A stretch of 64,000 nt of DNA from Octopus sinensis (lineage: Eukaryota), in assembly GCF_006345805.1 (NCBI RefSeq), contig NC_043004.1, forward strand, positions 93,000,001 to 93,064,000, read 5' to 3'. Positions 23,713 to 37,750 of the stretch are shown here, piece by piece. Under the pieces are notes generated by a model, which worked only from the letters and a program-made list of their open reading frames with translations, searched no databases and had not been told where the DNA came from. Positions within the stretch are counted from its first letter, which is position 1. Each line of letters begins with the position of its first letter. The position numbers and the translations under genes are program-made.

Positions 23713-26700
23713 GTAACTACTAACATTAACTACTAACTACAATACTAACCACGTTACTATATTGAAAGTAGATTGGGTGATGATATTCTGCATGGAGCTC
23801 TAAACTCACCAGTAGTAGTCATACATTTAATGGTACATGCGACATACTATATAGAAAATCTGCCTCAAACTCTCTCCAACGTTTGCAAGCATGGAAAAAG
23901 GAAAGGTGTCGTTTAAATAATGGTGGTGACACATGTCAAGCTTAGTAAAATTCTGTATGCAAGGACAACCACAATTTTACCTTGCTTGACGTGTGTGCTT
24001 GAGAAGTCATGTCTAGCTAAGTAAAGTTGTGGTTGTCGTTGCATACAGTCTTGTCCCTTGCATTCCTTTCCAGCTGAGCATTCTGAATCATGTAGGCTCA
24101 TGGGTGCTAGTGCCACATAAATGCACCTATGCCAGTGCTGTGTAAAAACATCCAGTACACACTGTAAAGTGATTGGCGTTAGGAAGGGCATCCAACTGTA
24201 GAGACCATGCCAAAATAGATATGGAGCTCAGGCAGCTCTTTCAGTTGGCCAGCTCCTGTCAAATTGCCCAACTCATGCCAGCATGGAAAACGGATATTAA
24301 ATGATGATGATTATATACACTTTATTGCATTATGATGATGTTAGTGGTTTAGCTGCTGGGTTAAACGATTGTTTGTTCAAAACTTAGTGCTGTAATGTTG
24401 TCAAAGAACAGGGCACCTAATTCTGCTTTCTTTGGTTTGTGTAGTTGGAGAGAAATGGGTTTTGCAACTACCTCTCTAGCTGAATGGTTAGCCATAAGGA
24501 TGATCCAACAGTAACAACAATTTACCTGACAAAAAGAAAGAAAAAAATGAGAGAAAAAGACATCTCACCCAGTAATACACACATGTATATAGACATGGAC
24601 ACACGCTCATTAATATGCATATAGTATTTGTAAGTTTGTTTGGAGGTTCATGTTGGAGAGTAATATATATTTTTTTATTCGTAGATGAAACAATCTGCAC
24701 CTTCAGTGAGTTAGAATACATACACGGAGGCACATGTGTATACACACACACACACACACACACATGTACTATTTGTACCTGTGTGTATATGACTATTTTA
24801 ACATATAGGATCAGTCAACAAATGTTTGCTGTAAAAACTTACCTGGCATAACACATACTTGCTCTCTCTTTCTTTCTTTCATGTGCATGCATACAGACAT
24901 AAAAAGTACATATAATAAACATGGAAACATAAAAAAGGAAAAAAATATATATATATATTGAAAATTCACAGAATGAACTGTGAATGATCGTGCAGGTATT
25001 GTTAGTTAATTGGTAGTGGTAGTAGGGTAAAGGAAGTAAAGAAATAAACTAATGAACTTTGTTCCTTTTTTGTTTGTTTTTTCTTCCTTTTTCTCTTCTC
25101 TATATAACATGAAATGACACAGTTTAGCTGTATTGAATTTAGGCTAAAACCTTTTAAATGAAACATAGCACTTGTTGTACAATCAGAAGAGATAGTTTGA
25201 CATATTGAAGTATTCTCAAACTGCCAGCTGAGTTTAGAAATGCTACTTCACATTTTTGTTCACATTCCGTCAATAGGAGAACAAACTTGTGCTTTTTACC
25301 ATTTTTACTTTTTATTTTATTTTATTATTTTTTTTTTTGTTTCAGGCTTGGTTATAAGATAATTAATTAGATGTTAGTAGTGTTAGAAACATGGCATTTA
25401 GGAAATCAAAATTTAACCTTTGATGATGAAATAGGGCTAATTAAAAAAAAAAAATAAATAAATAAATAAAATGTTGAAACATCATAAGAATTTGTAAACT
25501 TTGAGAAAACATGAAATAATTCTGTTTTTGGAATGGTGAAACTTGAAGCAGGTAAAGTTATAAATCATAGTTTTTAAGCTTTTAGCTCTTTTACTTGTTT
25601 CAATCATTAGACTGCAGCCATGTTGGCACACCACCTTGAAGTTTAGTCAAGTGAATTGAGCCTGGTACTTATTTATTTATTTTTTTAAGCTCAGTGCCTA
25701 TCCTATTGGTTTCTTTTTACCCAACTGCTAAATTATGGGGATGTAAACTCACCAACACCAGTTGTAAAGCAGTAGTGGAAAATAAACAGACACAAAGATG
25801 CACACAGGCTTCTTTCAGTTTCCATCTATCAAATTCATTCACAAGGCTTTGGTCAGCCTGAGGTTATAGTCGAAGACATTTGCTCAAGGTGTCACACAGT
25901 GGGACTGAACCCAGAACCATGTGGTTGGGAAGCAAACTTCTTACCATGCAGCCACACCTGCACCTATAGTGTGTAAATATTAGGTTTAAAAAAATCCTTT
26001 TGGATTGTGAAAGTCGAATGATATTATTTATAGCTTTATTTGCTTCAAGTTTCACCATTCCATAATCTTAAGGTTTGTGTCATAGGTAGAAGGGTAGTGT
26101 CCATGATTTTATGCATGGGGTCCGAGACTGGTAGGAAAAGGTGGAGTTATTTTCAGCCCAGAAACCTAGCTTGAATGCTTGCAACAACAGAATGGACTCC
26201 ACTAAGGACCAAGTGTCAGTGTTAAAGCAGGCAATGGATTAAGTCTACTACACAGGAACAAGTACAGTTTAAGGGCTTTCCATACTGCTTCTGTTCTCCC
26301 ATTTTCATTCAGAATGTCTTCTACAATACCCCAGGGTATTGTAGAATAATGCAGTCATGCCTGCTGTTATTGTTGTTACTGTATATGTATAACAACTCCG
26401 ATCCAGCCCTGACCGTCTCCTCTTTTTTCAGACAGTGTATCTAGGTCTGCAGGAAGTTCATTATGTGTGTGTGTGTGTGTGAGATTATGTGTGAATGTTG
26501 ACATTCCACATTTGTCCCCATTTAAGTGAGATGATGATGATGATGTTAACATTTCTTGTTGATATTGTGATCAGTTGCTCTGCAGTGTCAGAGATCTCCA
26601 TTAATAAAAAAAAAATATATATATATATATATAAGCACCTACTTGAAAAAATAGTCAAGGGTTAGCAACAGGAAAAGCACCCAGCTGTTAAATCCTGCCT

Positions 26701-27936
26701 CATGTATGTCTCCATCTAAATTCTTGCTTGCTTGGGTAAAAACAAAACAAAAACCAACATTGAATGACCAAATAGATACTATGTAAATTAAAATCTTAAT
26801 TATAAAACAAACATTCCATGTATGTTATTAAGTATAAATCACCCAGATAGCAAACAACTGAGAAAATTGTGTTGAGTTTCTCATGAGAAAAGGAACAATA
26901 TTTTCCACCAAAATCTCAGCAAGTAAATCTTTTTTGTTGTACATCAACATAAAAGTTTTTGAGTATTTCATTTGATTGCATGGTGTGTAATAGGAGTTTT
27001 AGTATTCTTAATGAATACTCATTTGCAACTGACTTGGGTGAACAACTGGCTTAAAAGATATTTATAAGCTAAGAACAAATTTGAAGGAAACGACAAACCA
27101 GACATATCTTACATGATGTTCCGAGCATGAAACGCAAACTGGAATTTATATTGAATTTGAAGTATGTGCAGTTGTGATTCTAAGGGTCTGTTTGTTGTAA
27201 GTTCACCATTCAAAGTTTTTGGAAAGTGGTCAAAGTTTAGGATAAAAGACTGCTATTACTTAAGATCTTGTCCAAACCTAAACTGCAGATGTTTGTCAAG
27301 GTTTCTGGTGACAACTCATCTCCCTTGGATTCTTTGAAACAGCCTGGATCAAAACATATTGTCTTGTCTTCTTTTACAGTTTCACAGAAGTTAGAAATAC
27401 TTGTAGTGATTTTGTTGAAAGCTCAAAGAAATATTTCTATCATGTAATGATCCACTCACCATCAACACTTTCATCATTATTGAGTCCACTTGACATTTGT
27501 TACCTCCCTGATGTTACCTCCGCATTTTATTACAATGTCACTTTCTACATCTGATTTATTGCTTCAACGAAATGTCTTGTTTTAAAGCCTCTTTCACATT
27601 TTCTACCACTTCTTAACATTCATCATTCTCTCATCTCGATCATTCTGTGTACTGTCACACACTTGTTCTCTCCTCACCCATCCTAGTTCTTTCACAGCTG
27701 TTTTTGTCTATTCAGCTCCTAATTACATAGTCGCTGAGTGAATGAACATGTTATAGAGCAGCAAGGACTCCCCAATCACACAGGGTATAAGGCGTCCCTG
27801 TTTGTGTTGGTACCACTGTAACTCCAACCAGAACTATAAAGTGGTTGAGGGGACATTTTAGTATTATTGTCTAGGACATGGCAACCTTCTCTAATGCTGG
27901 TGCCACAATAGAATTCACTCAGTACATACTGTAGAG

Positions 27937-28979
27937 CAGTGGATCTCAACCTTTTTTACCAACAGCACACTTTGGAATACATGAAAAAATTGCAGCACAC
28001 CTGGCTAAATATACACGAAAAAATATTTGAATTTTGCAAAATACAAACATGGCAAGCCATAGATGGCATACAACCATAGACACAGATCAGTCAGAGACAC
28101 AGAATAACTCAAACTAAATAAAGAAAAACACAGCTATGAACTTAGTTTATTGCAGTGTTTCGAGTTTCATCGATCAAGTAACTGGCTTCTTTAGTGAGAA
28201 ATTTGTGCCTGGCTTTTATTCATAATTTCCGTATTTCTTTTTCTGTTGTACATAATCTCTCACACTTCTTTTTTGATGTTGTTTAATGTTGAGAAGCCTA
28301 ATTCACATGTATAAGAAGTTGAAAATTGTAATAAAATTGCTAAAGCTCTTTTACATAATATGGGATACTCCTCTTGAATTGAAATCCAAAATGAATAAAT
28401 AGGCAGAGTTGAATTTTAACCCTCAGTCACTAGAAAGGGTGGCCAATTCTTCTTCTTCCTATAACTCAAGTTCAGTGTTGGAAGAATGTTTTATGAAATG
28501 ATCTCTAATCCAATCATACTTTTCTGTCTTTAATGATGGAAAGTAATTATTGATGCTTTTGTCCAGGGCTGTCAGATGAGTAAAAAGCCAGAAAATCAAC
28601 CCATATTGAACAAGCAAATGCACATCGAGCCTCCTTATCTCAATTTTAGAGGTAGATTCTACCATGAATATGAAAAAAATACAGTACTTTTTTTCTATCA
28701 GGGGGTCCCACCTTAAGACAAGTATTGACCAATATCCATTGCTGTAATCAATACTAATGACGAACGAAACCATAAAAGATATAGAATTTTTAGCATTGTG
28801 ACATTTGGAAGCATTTCGCTCATCCCTAAATGAACAAAGCTATGTGGTGCAACATGTTACACCACAGACTGTGAATACTCAATTGGGATCATGTGGGTTT
28901 CTGCATTTCCTTAGTGTGTCGTTCAAAATTTCGCAGTTCACTTAGGAAGATCTCATGGCACACTGGTTGAGAATCACTG
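27937..28979 (-). mobile_element. Internally deleted hAT (Buster/Charlie-like) DNA transposon with TIRs, 8-bp TSD and a dimerization-domain remnant
   Basis: TIRs cagtggatctcaacc / ggttgagaatcactg, TSD ctgtagag on both sides. The minus strand near 28270-28420 reads FWISIQEEYPILCKRALAILLQFSTSYTCELGFSTLNNIK. Confidence 0.92.
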
Positions 28980-29719
28980 CTGTAGAGTGATGAGGTTTGG
29001 GAAGGGCAAGAAGCTGTTGAAACTAAACTGGAAAAGAAAAATAATTAAATGGAATGTAGTCCTTCAACTCCTTTAGGAGAGTTGTAACAACCTGCTCAAT
29101 CCATACCAGCATGGAAAAAGGACATAAAACAATGATGATAACGATTCAAGGTTCTAAGATAATAAGATCTTCAGTTTGTTAATTTTCCAAATATACACTT
29201 ACTATATCCCTCCCAGTACTTCCTCTTAGTAGTGGGAGCTTTTTTTTCATTTCCTTTTCCTCTGTTCTTTTCTTTCTTGCAAGTTACATGGCAACTTCAC
29301 TAGTGCTGGTCGCACAAAATAAATCACCCAGCGCATTCTATAGAGTGGTTGGTGATAGGAAGGGTATCTACATGTAGAAGCCATGCCAAAGATGACATTG
29401 GAGCTCTGTGCAACCCTGCAGCCTGTTGGTTCCCTGTCAAAACCATCCAAGCCATGCCAGCATAGAAAGTGGGCATTAACTAATGCTGATTCTAATCACA
29501 TATCCATAATACCTTTTGCACATGCAATAAACTGAGGCATGAAAAGTTGCAGCAAGGATAGTAAAAACATCCAAAGCTAAGTCATGGGAGGTCGTTGGGG
29601 TTAAGCTGGCTTCTGACTTTAGATTGGCCAATAAAATATTCTGGTTGCCCATCTGCCAACTTTGTAACAAAATAATAAATTCCTGCCCCATCAATGCTGT
29701 GTCTTGAGTACTATCCATT

Positions 29720-29916
29720 TACTCTCTTTTACTCTTTTCAGTCATTTGACTGTGGCCATGCTGGAGCACCGCCTTTAGTCGAGCAAATCGACCCCGGGAC
29801 TTATTCTTTGTAAGCCCAGTACTTATTCTATCGGTCTCTTTTGCCGAACCGCTAAGTGACGGGGACATAAACACACCAGCATCGGTTGTCAAGCAATGCT
29901 AGGGGGACACATAAAT

Positions 29917-29949
<33 letters not shown>

Positions 29950-30120
29950 CATATATATGACAGGCTTCTTTCAGTTTCCGTCTACCAAATCCACTCACAA
30001 GGCATTGGTCGGCCCGGGGCTATAGCAGAAGACACTTGCCCAAGATGCCACACAGTGGGACTGAACCCGGAACCATGTGGTTGGTTAGCAAGCTACTTAC
30101 CACACAGCCACTCCTGCGCC
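29720..30120 (-). mobile_element. SINE-like family B
   Basis: Reverse-complement homolog of 9053-9457. Confidence 0.85.
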
Positions 30121-30655
30121 TATTTGTGTAGAATTTTGCCAATTCCATTAGTGATGTTTGACTTCATAATGATTTAGTTGGCTGTTAGTATATGCATTGG
30201 CATAGCTATTTAATATGCTGTTTACTGTTGTTTTGGGTAACATCAATACCAATTTTCCATATCCTTTGGGTTTTCTTTTCAGTTGGGTTCTTTTCCCAAC
30301 CTTTACAAACTACGACTTAGCATATATGGCAAAGTGATGGGAGCAAGAGAGAGAGAGTGAGAGAGAGTCATTACAGTGATATGATAGTTGTTAGTAAGGA
30401 GATTGTACATGACCATGAAGGTGATTGAACTAGAGCGAGGGGAGAGAAACAGAGTGGTTGGATTAAGAGAGTAATGGAAGACAGTGAGCGATAGTTATAT
30501 GATGGTTATGGGACAGAATATTGAGTGGAAATTGTATGAGCAAGGGAGAAATAAGTGCCAGCGTCTGCATATTTGGCTCAGAATTTACTGGGGTTTAAAA
30601 AGAGAATAACAGTAAAGAGACAGGATGATAAAAGAGGGAGTAATGGGTAAAAAGA

Positions 30656-30686
<31 letters not shown>

Positions 30687-30771
30687 TAAGAAGTGATAGA
30701 GGAGAGTGAATGGTGGATAGCAATAAAGATAGGTAATACTAAGATATTTGTATATGTATATTGTTTGCCAG

Positions 30772-30837
30772 GATCAAGAGAAACAGAAAGATAAGCAAGT
30801 CCAGAAAACGGAAAGGAAAAGTGAATCTGATTTGGAG
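30772..30837 (+). CDS. ARFGEF1: Duplicated linker mini-exon copy 1 (66 nt): DQEKQKDKQVQKTERKSESDLE
   Basis: attgtttgccag acceptor, GAG|gtgagt donor, no stops, phase 0-0 compatible with the upstream exon. Confidence 0.8.
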
Positions 30838-31439
30838 GTGAGTGTCATGTTTAGGACATTTGACCTGCTGGAAGGTACTGGTTTAATTTAGGATCTCTGC
30901 CATTTATAGAAGTATCCTGTCAGGACCACAGCTGTCATACGGGGAAGAAATCTAGCATGATTCTAATGTAGTCAAAGATTGTTTATTGAGAAAATAAGCT
31001 ATTTTTATTGAATATTTAATTTTAAATGCTTTAGCTCTCTTTTTTTTTTTTTTTTTGGTTTTTGCACCTGCTGGGTCTGGAGGAAGTGGCAGTGCATATG
31101 GACTTTGCAGGCCCTCTTAGACCAGTGGGATTGATGCTATGAATGTTCCTCATGAGCTCTTTTAAGTTAACAATTGCATGAATGATAACGAGCAGAGTGG
31201 GAATTCCTGAGGGCTGATGATTTGGGAAGGGCAGAATGTGCATCGTGAATAGTGTGAGACCAGACTGTTGGACACTACAAGGATTATGAGCTGAAGAGAG
31301 ATGAGTAGAATGCTTGAATTGAAGTGACAGGAACCTAATCAACTTTGAGAAGCAAGGGCCAGTATCGCATCAATAGGATAGGAAAAGGCACAGAAGCGAT
31401 GGAACACCTGTAGGTAGGTGGATAAAGCGTATCTGTAAG

Positions 31440-31778
31440 CTCAGAATTTCTGGAACCACTGTTGACACTGGCTTATGTATATTGTCTTATCCCCACATAC
31501 TGCATTAATATTCCTCACACTTTCCATTGTGTTGTTGCCTTTATTGAATTCATAAAGCAAAATATGCCGAATATGGTCCTTTGTCACTTCCATTATAGCT
31601 TTGAAAAAATATCTGTTAAATTTGAACTGCACTCTTCAAAACTTGTGCTAAGAATAAGGACAAGGTAAAATTACTACCTGCTTTGATAGCAAGTTGGTGC
31701 AGGTAGTTTACCCTGTCCACCTCCAACTTTGAGTTCATGCAATTGAAAAAACTGCATTATTTATGGGATGACCCAATA
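31440..31778 (-). mobile_element. Mariner transposon 5' fragment (TIR plus N-terminal HTH)
   Basis: ORF 31441..31632 MEVTKDHIRHILLYEFNKGNN...RNINAV.G...CQQWFQKF. TIR tattgggtcatcccataa on the minus strand at about 31778. Confidence 0.85.
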
Positions 31779-33379
31779 CATGTTGTTCTATCAGCCACTT
31801 ACTACTATATGTAGCTCTCATATTCTCATGTACTAGAATGTAGTTGACCTTATTAGCTTCCATAACAGCTATAAACCATTGAGTAGCTTCTTTATAGCTT
31901 GAAACTGTTTAATTCATCAACTGGACAGATTATATATTACATTACTCATGAAAATATGACCATAATTTGCATGTTTTATTATAGTGATTGGCCTGCCTTA
32001 TCTATATATTTGTTTCTTTTGCTTATTTTTGAATTGAAGTGTATACAATTTAAATATTATACACTCTATAAAGTAACTTAAATGTTGCAGCTTGCTTTAC
32101 AGAACCAGACTGAAATAAATTTTAGTTTAATTATCATAGAACAACAATTAAATCATGAAGAAATAATAATAATCATCATCATTTAACGTCTGCTTTCCAT
32201 GCTGGCATGGTTTGATGGTTTGACTAAGGACTGGAAAACCAGGAGGCTGCACCAGGCCCCAATCTGATCTGGCAAGGTTTCTACAGCTGGATGTCCTTCC
32301 AAATGCCAACCACTCTGAGAGTGTAGTGGGCACTTTTTACGTGCCACTGGCACAAATACGATGATTGAAAATAAGATATATTCTTCAGTAAAAAAGACAA
32401 AACTGAGAAATAATTCTTTTCCAGAGCAATCATATATATTTACAAATATTCTACCATCAAAGAAATGCCTAACTTGAAGAGAGCCACCAGATTTCCCTTT
32501 ATCCACACTGGAACTGCTATGTAGTTATCTATGTACAATTGTGTATGTGTGTGTATATATATATGTTTGTGCTTCCCTGTCCTGATGCCGTGTGATATTT
32601 GTAAATGAGTGTCGTTCATTTCCAATCTTCCATGATAATATGTCTGGTCATGGAGAAGTACTATCTTGCTTGAGGGTTGGTGACTGGAAGGGCATCCAGC
32701 CTTAAAAAAATTTACCTCAAAGAACCATGTTTGACCTATGAAAGCATGGAAAACTGGATATTGAAACATTGCTGATCATACATAGATAACAGACATACAC
32801 ATTACACATGCTTATATTCATACATATATATGTATGTATATAAATACATAGAGAGGTTGAAGATCATGTCTACCCTCACTTTACATTTGGATGCCATACC
32901 AATGCCCAGCATCTTTATTAAATGCTCTTGTGGCATTTATTGTGGCATGTCCTTAAGACTAATGAGTCCTCAACACCTTATGCTGTCTGCATTCATTCAC
33001 TGATCAGCATCAAAGAAGTCAATTCCCCCACAAGACAAATGAGAATACTTTCCATCAAGCATTGTCTCCATTCATTGGTTCTTTACTTTCTCCACATAAT
33101 TGGATGAGGCTGAGTGAGATTGTGATGAAAGAAAAAGTTACAGAAGAGAACAAAGGTGATAGAGGAGAGAGCATTAGAATAGTGATTGATTGTGATTACA
33201 GGTATATGAGGTTTGTTGGTCAGGAGGTTGAATAGAAGTAACATGTCAAAGTGGATATAATAGAAGAGGGAATAATGGAGGTAGATAATTGCTGACAAGT
33301 AGAGAGAGAGTTTGAGGTATAGCAATAAAGATAGTAGATGGTAAGGTATATATAAATATATATGTATATTGTTTGCTAG

Positions 33380-33439
33380 GATCAACAGAAAGATAAGCAA
33401 ATACAGAAAGCAGGAAAGAAAAGTGAATCTGATTTGGAG
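33380..33439 (+). CDS. ARFGEF1: Duplicated linker mini-exon copy 2 (60 nt): DQQKDKQIQKAGKKSESDLE
   Basis: attgtttgctag acceptor, GAG|gtgagt donor. Has an in-frame 6-nt deletion relative to the other copies. Confidence 0.75.
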
Positions 33440-33461
33440 GTGAGTGTCATGTTTAGGACAG

Positions 33462-34148
33462 GTGTGGTTGAGCTTTTTCACTTTTACCAAGCCACTGTTT
33501 ATGATGTTTAACATTTCGATAGAAGATCCATTTTTCGTCACCAGTCACAAGTCTATCCAAGAAGGGTGAAATGAGTTCGCAAGAATGGAGAGAAGAGCAG
33601 ATGTCAACTCGGGATTTGCGGTTGCTTTTTGGAAAATTCATGAGGCACCCATTTTCCAAGTTTAGGAACCTTTCCAAGTTGTTGAAGATGATGATGAACA
33701 GTTGTATGGTTTGAACTAAGCTTTATTGCCAATTCTTCAACTGATAATGCAGGATTTTCTTCAAGTAATGCCTCAAGTTCAATCTTCATCTTCAAGGCTG
33801 ACATCTCCACTTCTGAATTTTGCAAACCATCTTCTGCAAGTTCTTTCATTCAAGCATTCTTTCCCATAAACTGAGTGTATGTTTCAAGTTACTTCAGGTG
33901 CAGTTTCCTTTTTTCGTACTCATAAAGCATTATGTGCCTTAAATGCTCTTTGGATACTTCTATGTTAGAAAGGGTTTTAAAGAAATTTTAATTCTATTAT
34001 TCTGTAAAATGATATTTAATTAGTTTAAATGTTCACAAATACATAAAAAAAAATTTTAATTCCATTAGACATTCTAAAATACTATTAAATTTCTTTCAAT
34101 TTTTGAAAAAAAATAAAAATCAGATAGAACTTATGGGATGACCTGATA
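33462..34148 (-). mobile_element. Mariner transposon 5' half, decayed
   Basis: LEALLEENP...VEELA...HLQQLGKVPKLGKWVPHE and FLDRLVTGDEKWIFY.N in split frames. TIR tatcaggtcatcccataagt at about 34148. Truncated at 33462. Confidence 0.92.
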
Positions 34149-34523
34149 TTACAGGGACCTTTTGTTCCTTTCTCTCACAGATTATTGGATGAGGATAGTC
34201 AGACCAAGAGGGTATAGAAGTGAGTAGGTGATAGCGAGTGAATAATGTGATTACAAGTATATGACAGGTATTGGCAAGGAGGTTGAATAGATGGAAAATG
34301 ACAGAAGTGTATCAGATAGAATGTTGGGAGAGAACCAATACAATGGTGATAGAAGAGAGTATTATAAGAGAAGCAGAATGGTAAGAGAGAGAGAAATTGT
34401 CTTTTGTGTGATACTGATAGCCAGAGAGAGAGAGAGAAACAGTAATGTGAAAAAAGTGATGAACAGCAATATAGATAGATGATAATAAGCTATATATATA
34501 TGCATGTATATATTGTTTGCCAG

Positions 34524-34589
34524 GATCAAGAGAAACAAAAAGATAAACAGGTTCAGAAAACAGAAAAGAAAAACGAATCTGATTTGGAG
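34524..34589 (+). CDS. ARFGEF1: Duplicated linker mini-exon copy 3 (66 nt): DQEKQKDKQVQKTEKKNESDLE
   Basis: attgtttgccag acceptor, GAG|gtgagt donor, open phase 0-0. Confidence 0.8.
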
Positions 34590-34652
34590 GTGAGTGTCAT
34601 GTTTAGGATAGTTGTCCTGTAGGAAAGCACTGACTCAATTCAGGACCATTTT

Positions 34653-34687
<35 letters not shown>

Positions 34688-35041
34688 CGTTAGGAAGGGC
34701 ATCCAGCTGTAGAAACATTGCCAGATAAGACTGGAGCCTGGTGCAGCCTTCTGGCTTCCCAGATCCCCGGTCGAACCGTCCAACCCATGCTAGCATGGAA
34801 GCATATCAGTTACCCTCATATTTTTATATTCAATGAAGGAGACAGTTAAAACATTTAAATAAACATATATAATATATTCAAATTTCACTTGGGCAGTGAA
34901 ATACACAAATAATACACACAGATACAGACACATATGGCTTGACTAGTTGACAACTACCAGCATGGATTATATCATTCAGGCCTTCTATCAGATTGCAGAA
35001 TGCTCCAGTTGAGAAGCCACCAATAAAATATACACTATGGC

Positions 35042-35456
35042 ACAGGAGTGGCTCTGTGGTAAGTAGCTTGCTTACCAACCACATGGTTCCGGGTTCAGTC
35101 CCATTGCGTGGCACCTTGGGCAAGTGTCTTCTACTGTAGCCTCGAGCCGACCAAAGCCTTGTGAGTGGATTTGGTAGACGGAAACTGAAAGAAGCCCATC
35201 GTATATATGTATGTGTATATATATATATATATATATATGCGTGTGTGTGTTTATGTGTCTGTTTGTCCCCCACAACATCGCTTGACAACCGATGCTGGTG
35301 TGTTTATGTCCCCGTTACTTAGCGGTTCGGCAAAAGAGACCGATAGAATAAGTACTGAGCTTGCAAAAAAAGAATAAGTCCCGGGGTCGAGTTGCTCGAT
35401 TAAAGGCGGTGCTCCAGCATGGCCGCATTCAAATGACTGAAACAAGTAAAAGAGTA
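35042..35456 (+). mobile_element. SINE-like family B
   Basis: Homologous to 9053-9457. Confidence 0.85.
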
Positions 35457-36072
35457 TGTGCAAAAGCAGAGGGTACATAATTCCCACTATACTGTGCATA
35501 TCTTTCATTTTTTGACACTAGCATGTAACTAATCTCAGATTTAAGTGACAGTATTAAGCTACTTGAATAAGTAACTTTACATTGTTAAATTCAACAACTA
35601 GACAGATTATTTAATATTGGATTATTCATGAAATTAGAAGCATAACTTGTAAATATTTCTTCTATTATCAGCTTGCCTTCCCATGTAGTTTAGTTCTAGT
35701 TTGTTATTTCTTAAAATGTTGCTTAATTTTGAATTAAGTGAAATAGAATTTAAAATTTAAGGTTGTGTGTTGCAGCTTGAAATACAGGTTCAAAAACTGA
35801 TCTAAAATGAATTTTAAATTAATTATCGCATAGCAACAATAAATAATCGGTTATAAAAAACATGAAATATAATTAAAAATGACGAAGCAGTAAGAATGAA
35901 AGATTGAGAATTCCTTTTTTTTTTCAAAGCAAACATATATACATATACCATCAAATATTCTATCATCAAAAAAAGGGGGCTCAACTTAAGGCTCACTAGG
36001 AGATTTCCTAATATCTTATTGGACCAGCTCAACATTGGTATGTAGTTATTTATGTGTATTTGTATGTCTGTT

Positions 36073-36115
<43 letters not shown>

Positions 36116-36164
36116 GCTTTGTATGTATGTGTGTGTGTATGTATATATCATAATAATAATAATA

Positions 36165-36415
36165 TTAGGGAATATTTTTTCAAACTTACAGGGAAAAATT
36201 CAATTTAGTAATACTAAATCAAATTTCACAATATATAATATATGTATATAAATTAGAGAAGAACCATCTTTTATCAATTCAACAATGAAATAATGATATA
36301 ATTAAATTATACCATATAGAAAAGAATTAATTTTTTTCTATATGGTATAATTTAATTATATCATTGTTATTTCATTGTTGAATTGATAAAAGGTGGTTCT
36401 TCTCTAATTTATATA
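36165..36415 (-). repeat. AT-rich fold-back element: ~170-bp palindrome plus asymmetric tail, in (TA)n
   Basis: Arms 36245-36328 and 36329-36415 are reverse complements apart from 2 mismatches and a 3-nt indel. The tail is homologous to 40947-40985 and 59410-59496. Confidence 0.88.
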
Positions 36416-37684
36416 TATATATGTGTGTTTGTACATACATATGTGTGTTAGTGTGTGATGATCATAATATTATGTCTGCTTTTGCATGCTGGCATGGGTT
36501 GAATGCTATTCCACTCTGAGTCAGTTCTTATTTTGTAGCTATAGCCTATTTGATTTGTAGACTACATGATTTGTATGTTGAATTCTTTTGTCATAATTTC
36601 TACAGCTGGACACCCTTCCTTTGATCAACCACCTTACTGGCTGTCCTTGATGCATTTTATATCTCTAGTACCAGAGATGTTTTTGTTTTTTGTTTCTGGC
36701 AGCTAAAGATTTCTCTCAATTGAATGTTGTCTCCAATTTATCAGCAGTAGAAAGATAGCTTTGCCCCTCAGCAAGACTAAAGATAGTTACCTTATCCCTC
36801 CGTTGTCCCTGTTTATTCCTTTCTTTCCTGCACTATCCAGTGCAAGAGAGTGAAAGAAATGAGAGGATGTGTGATAGCTACATGATGGTTATTGGCAAGG
36901 ATATTGAATAAAAGCAACATAATCATGAGTGTGACATGAGAGAGAGAGAGAATGAGAGACTAATAGAAAAAGACCAGAGTGGTAAGAGTGAGAATAATGC
37001 AAAAGATGAATTGGCAGAGTTGTTAGAATTACAGTGTTTCTTATGACTGAATTTATGTCACACCAAGGTAAACTTTGCTTCTCATCTCCATAAAAAAAAT
37101 GTACAAGCCCAAGGCTGTTGATCAGTTGAACTGTTAGATTGTTAGGCACAGTGTTTTGAAGTCCGTTTTGACAGCAACGCTTGTGATTTCATTGATATCT
37201 AAATGTATTGGCTCATGTTGGCAGTTTCTCTTTTAGATAAGCATTAATATTGTGGAGAGGAGAGACTGGTGTCCAAAGGCAACTGATAGTTTCTTCACAA
37301 AATCTTGCCTTAGGGTTTGCATACATGTGCATATGTATGATGGAAGATATATATAATAGAAAAGCGAATGAGAATGTGATAGACAGCCTTATGACTGCTG
37401 TTGGTTATGAAACTGATGAATAGAAATAGCCATAAGTGAGATTTAACTGCAAATATTTAACATCCAATCCTCTTGGGCACACCACAACGATTATGTTTGG
37501 TTTGGAATTTACTAAGGTGGCATGACGAGGGAAGAGAGATTAATAGGAGAGTCATAAGTGGGTTGGCTGAGAGAGTGATGGTTGTCAATAATGAGTGTTA
37601 GAAAAGAGTAATGTGAGAGAGTTAAGGAAAGCAATAAAGGAAGTAGATGGTAAGATATATTTATATGTGTATATTGTTTGCCAG

Positions 37685-37750
37685 GATCAAGAGAAACAGA
37701 AAGACAAACAAGGTCAGAAAACAGAAAAGAAAAGTGAATCTGATTTGGAG
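37685..37750 (+). CDS. ARFGEF1: Duplicated linker mini-exon copy 4 (66 nt): DQEKQKDKQGQKTEKKSESDLE
   Basis: attgtttgccag acceptor, GAG|gtgagt donor. The peptide is visible inside track ORF 37595..37783. Confidence 0.8.
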
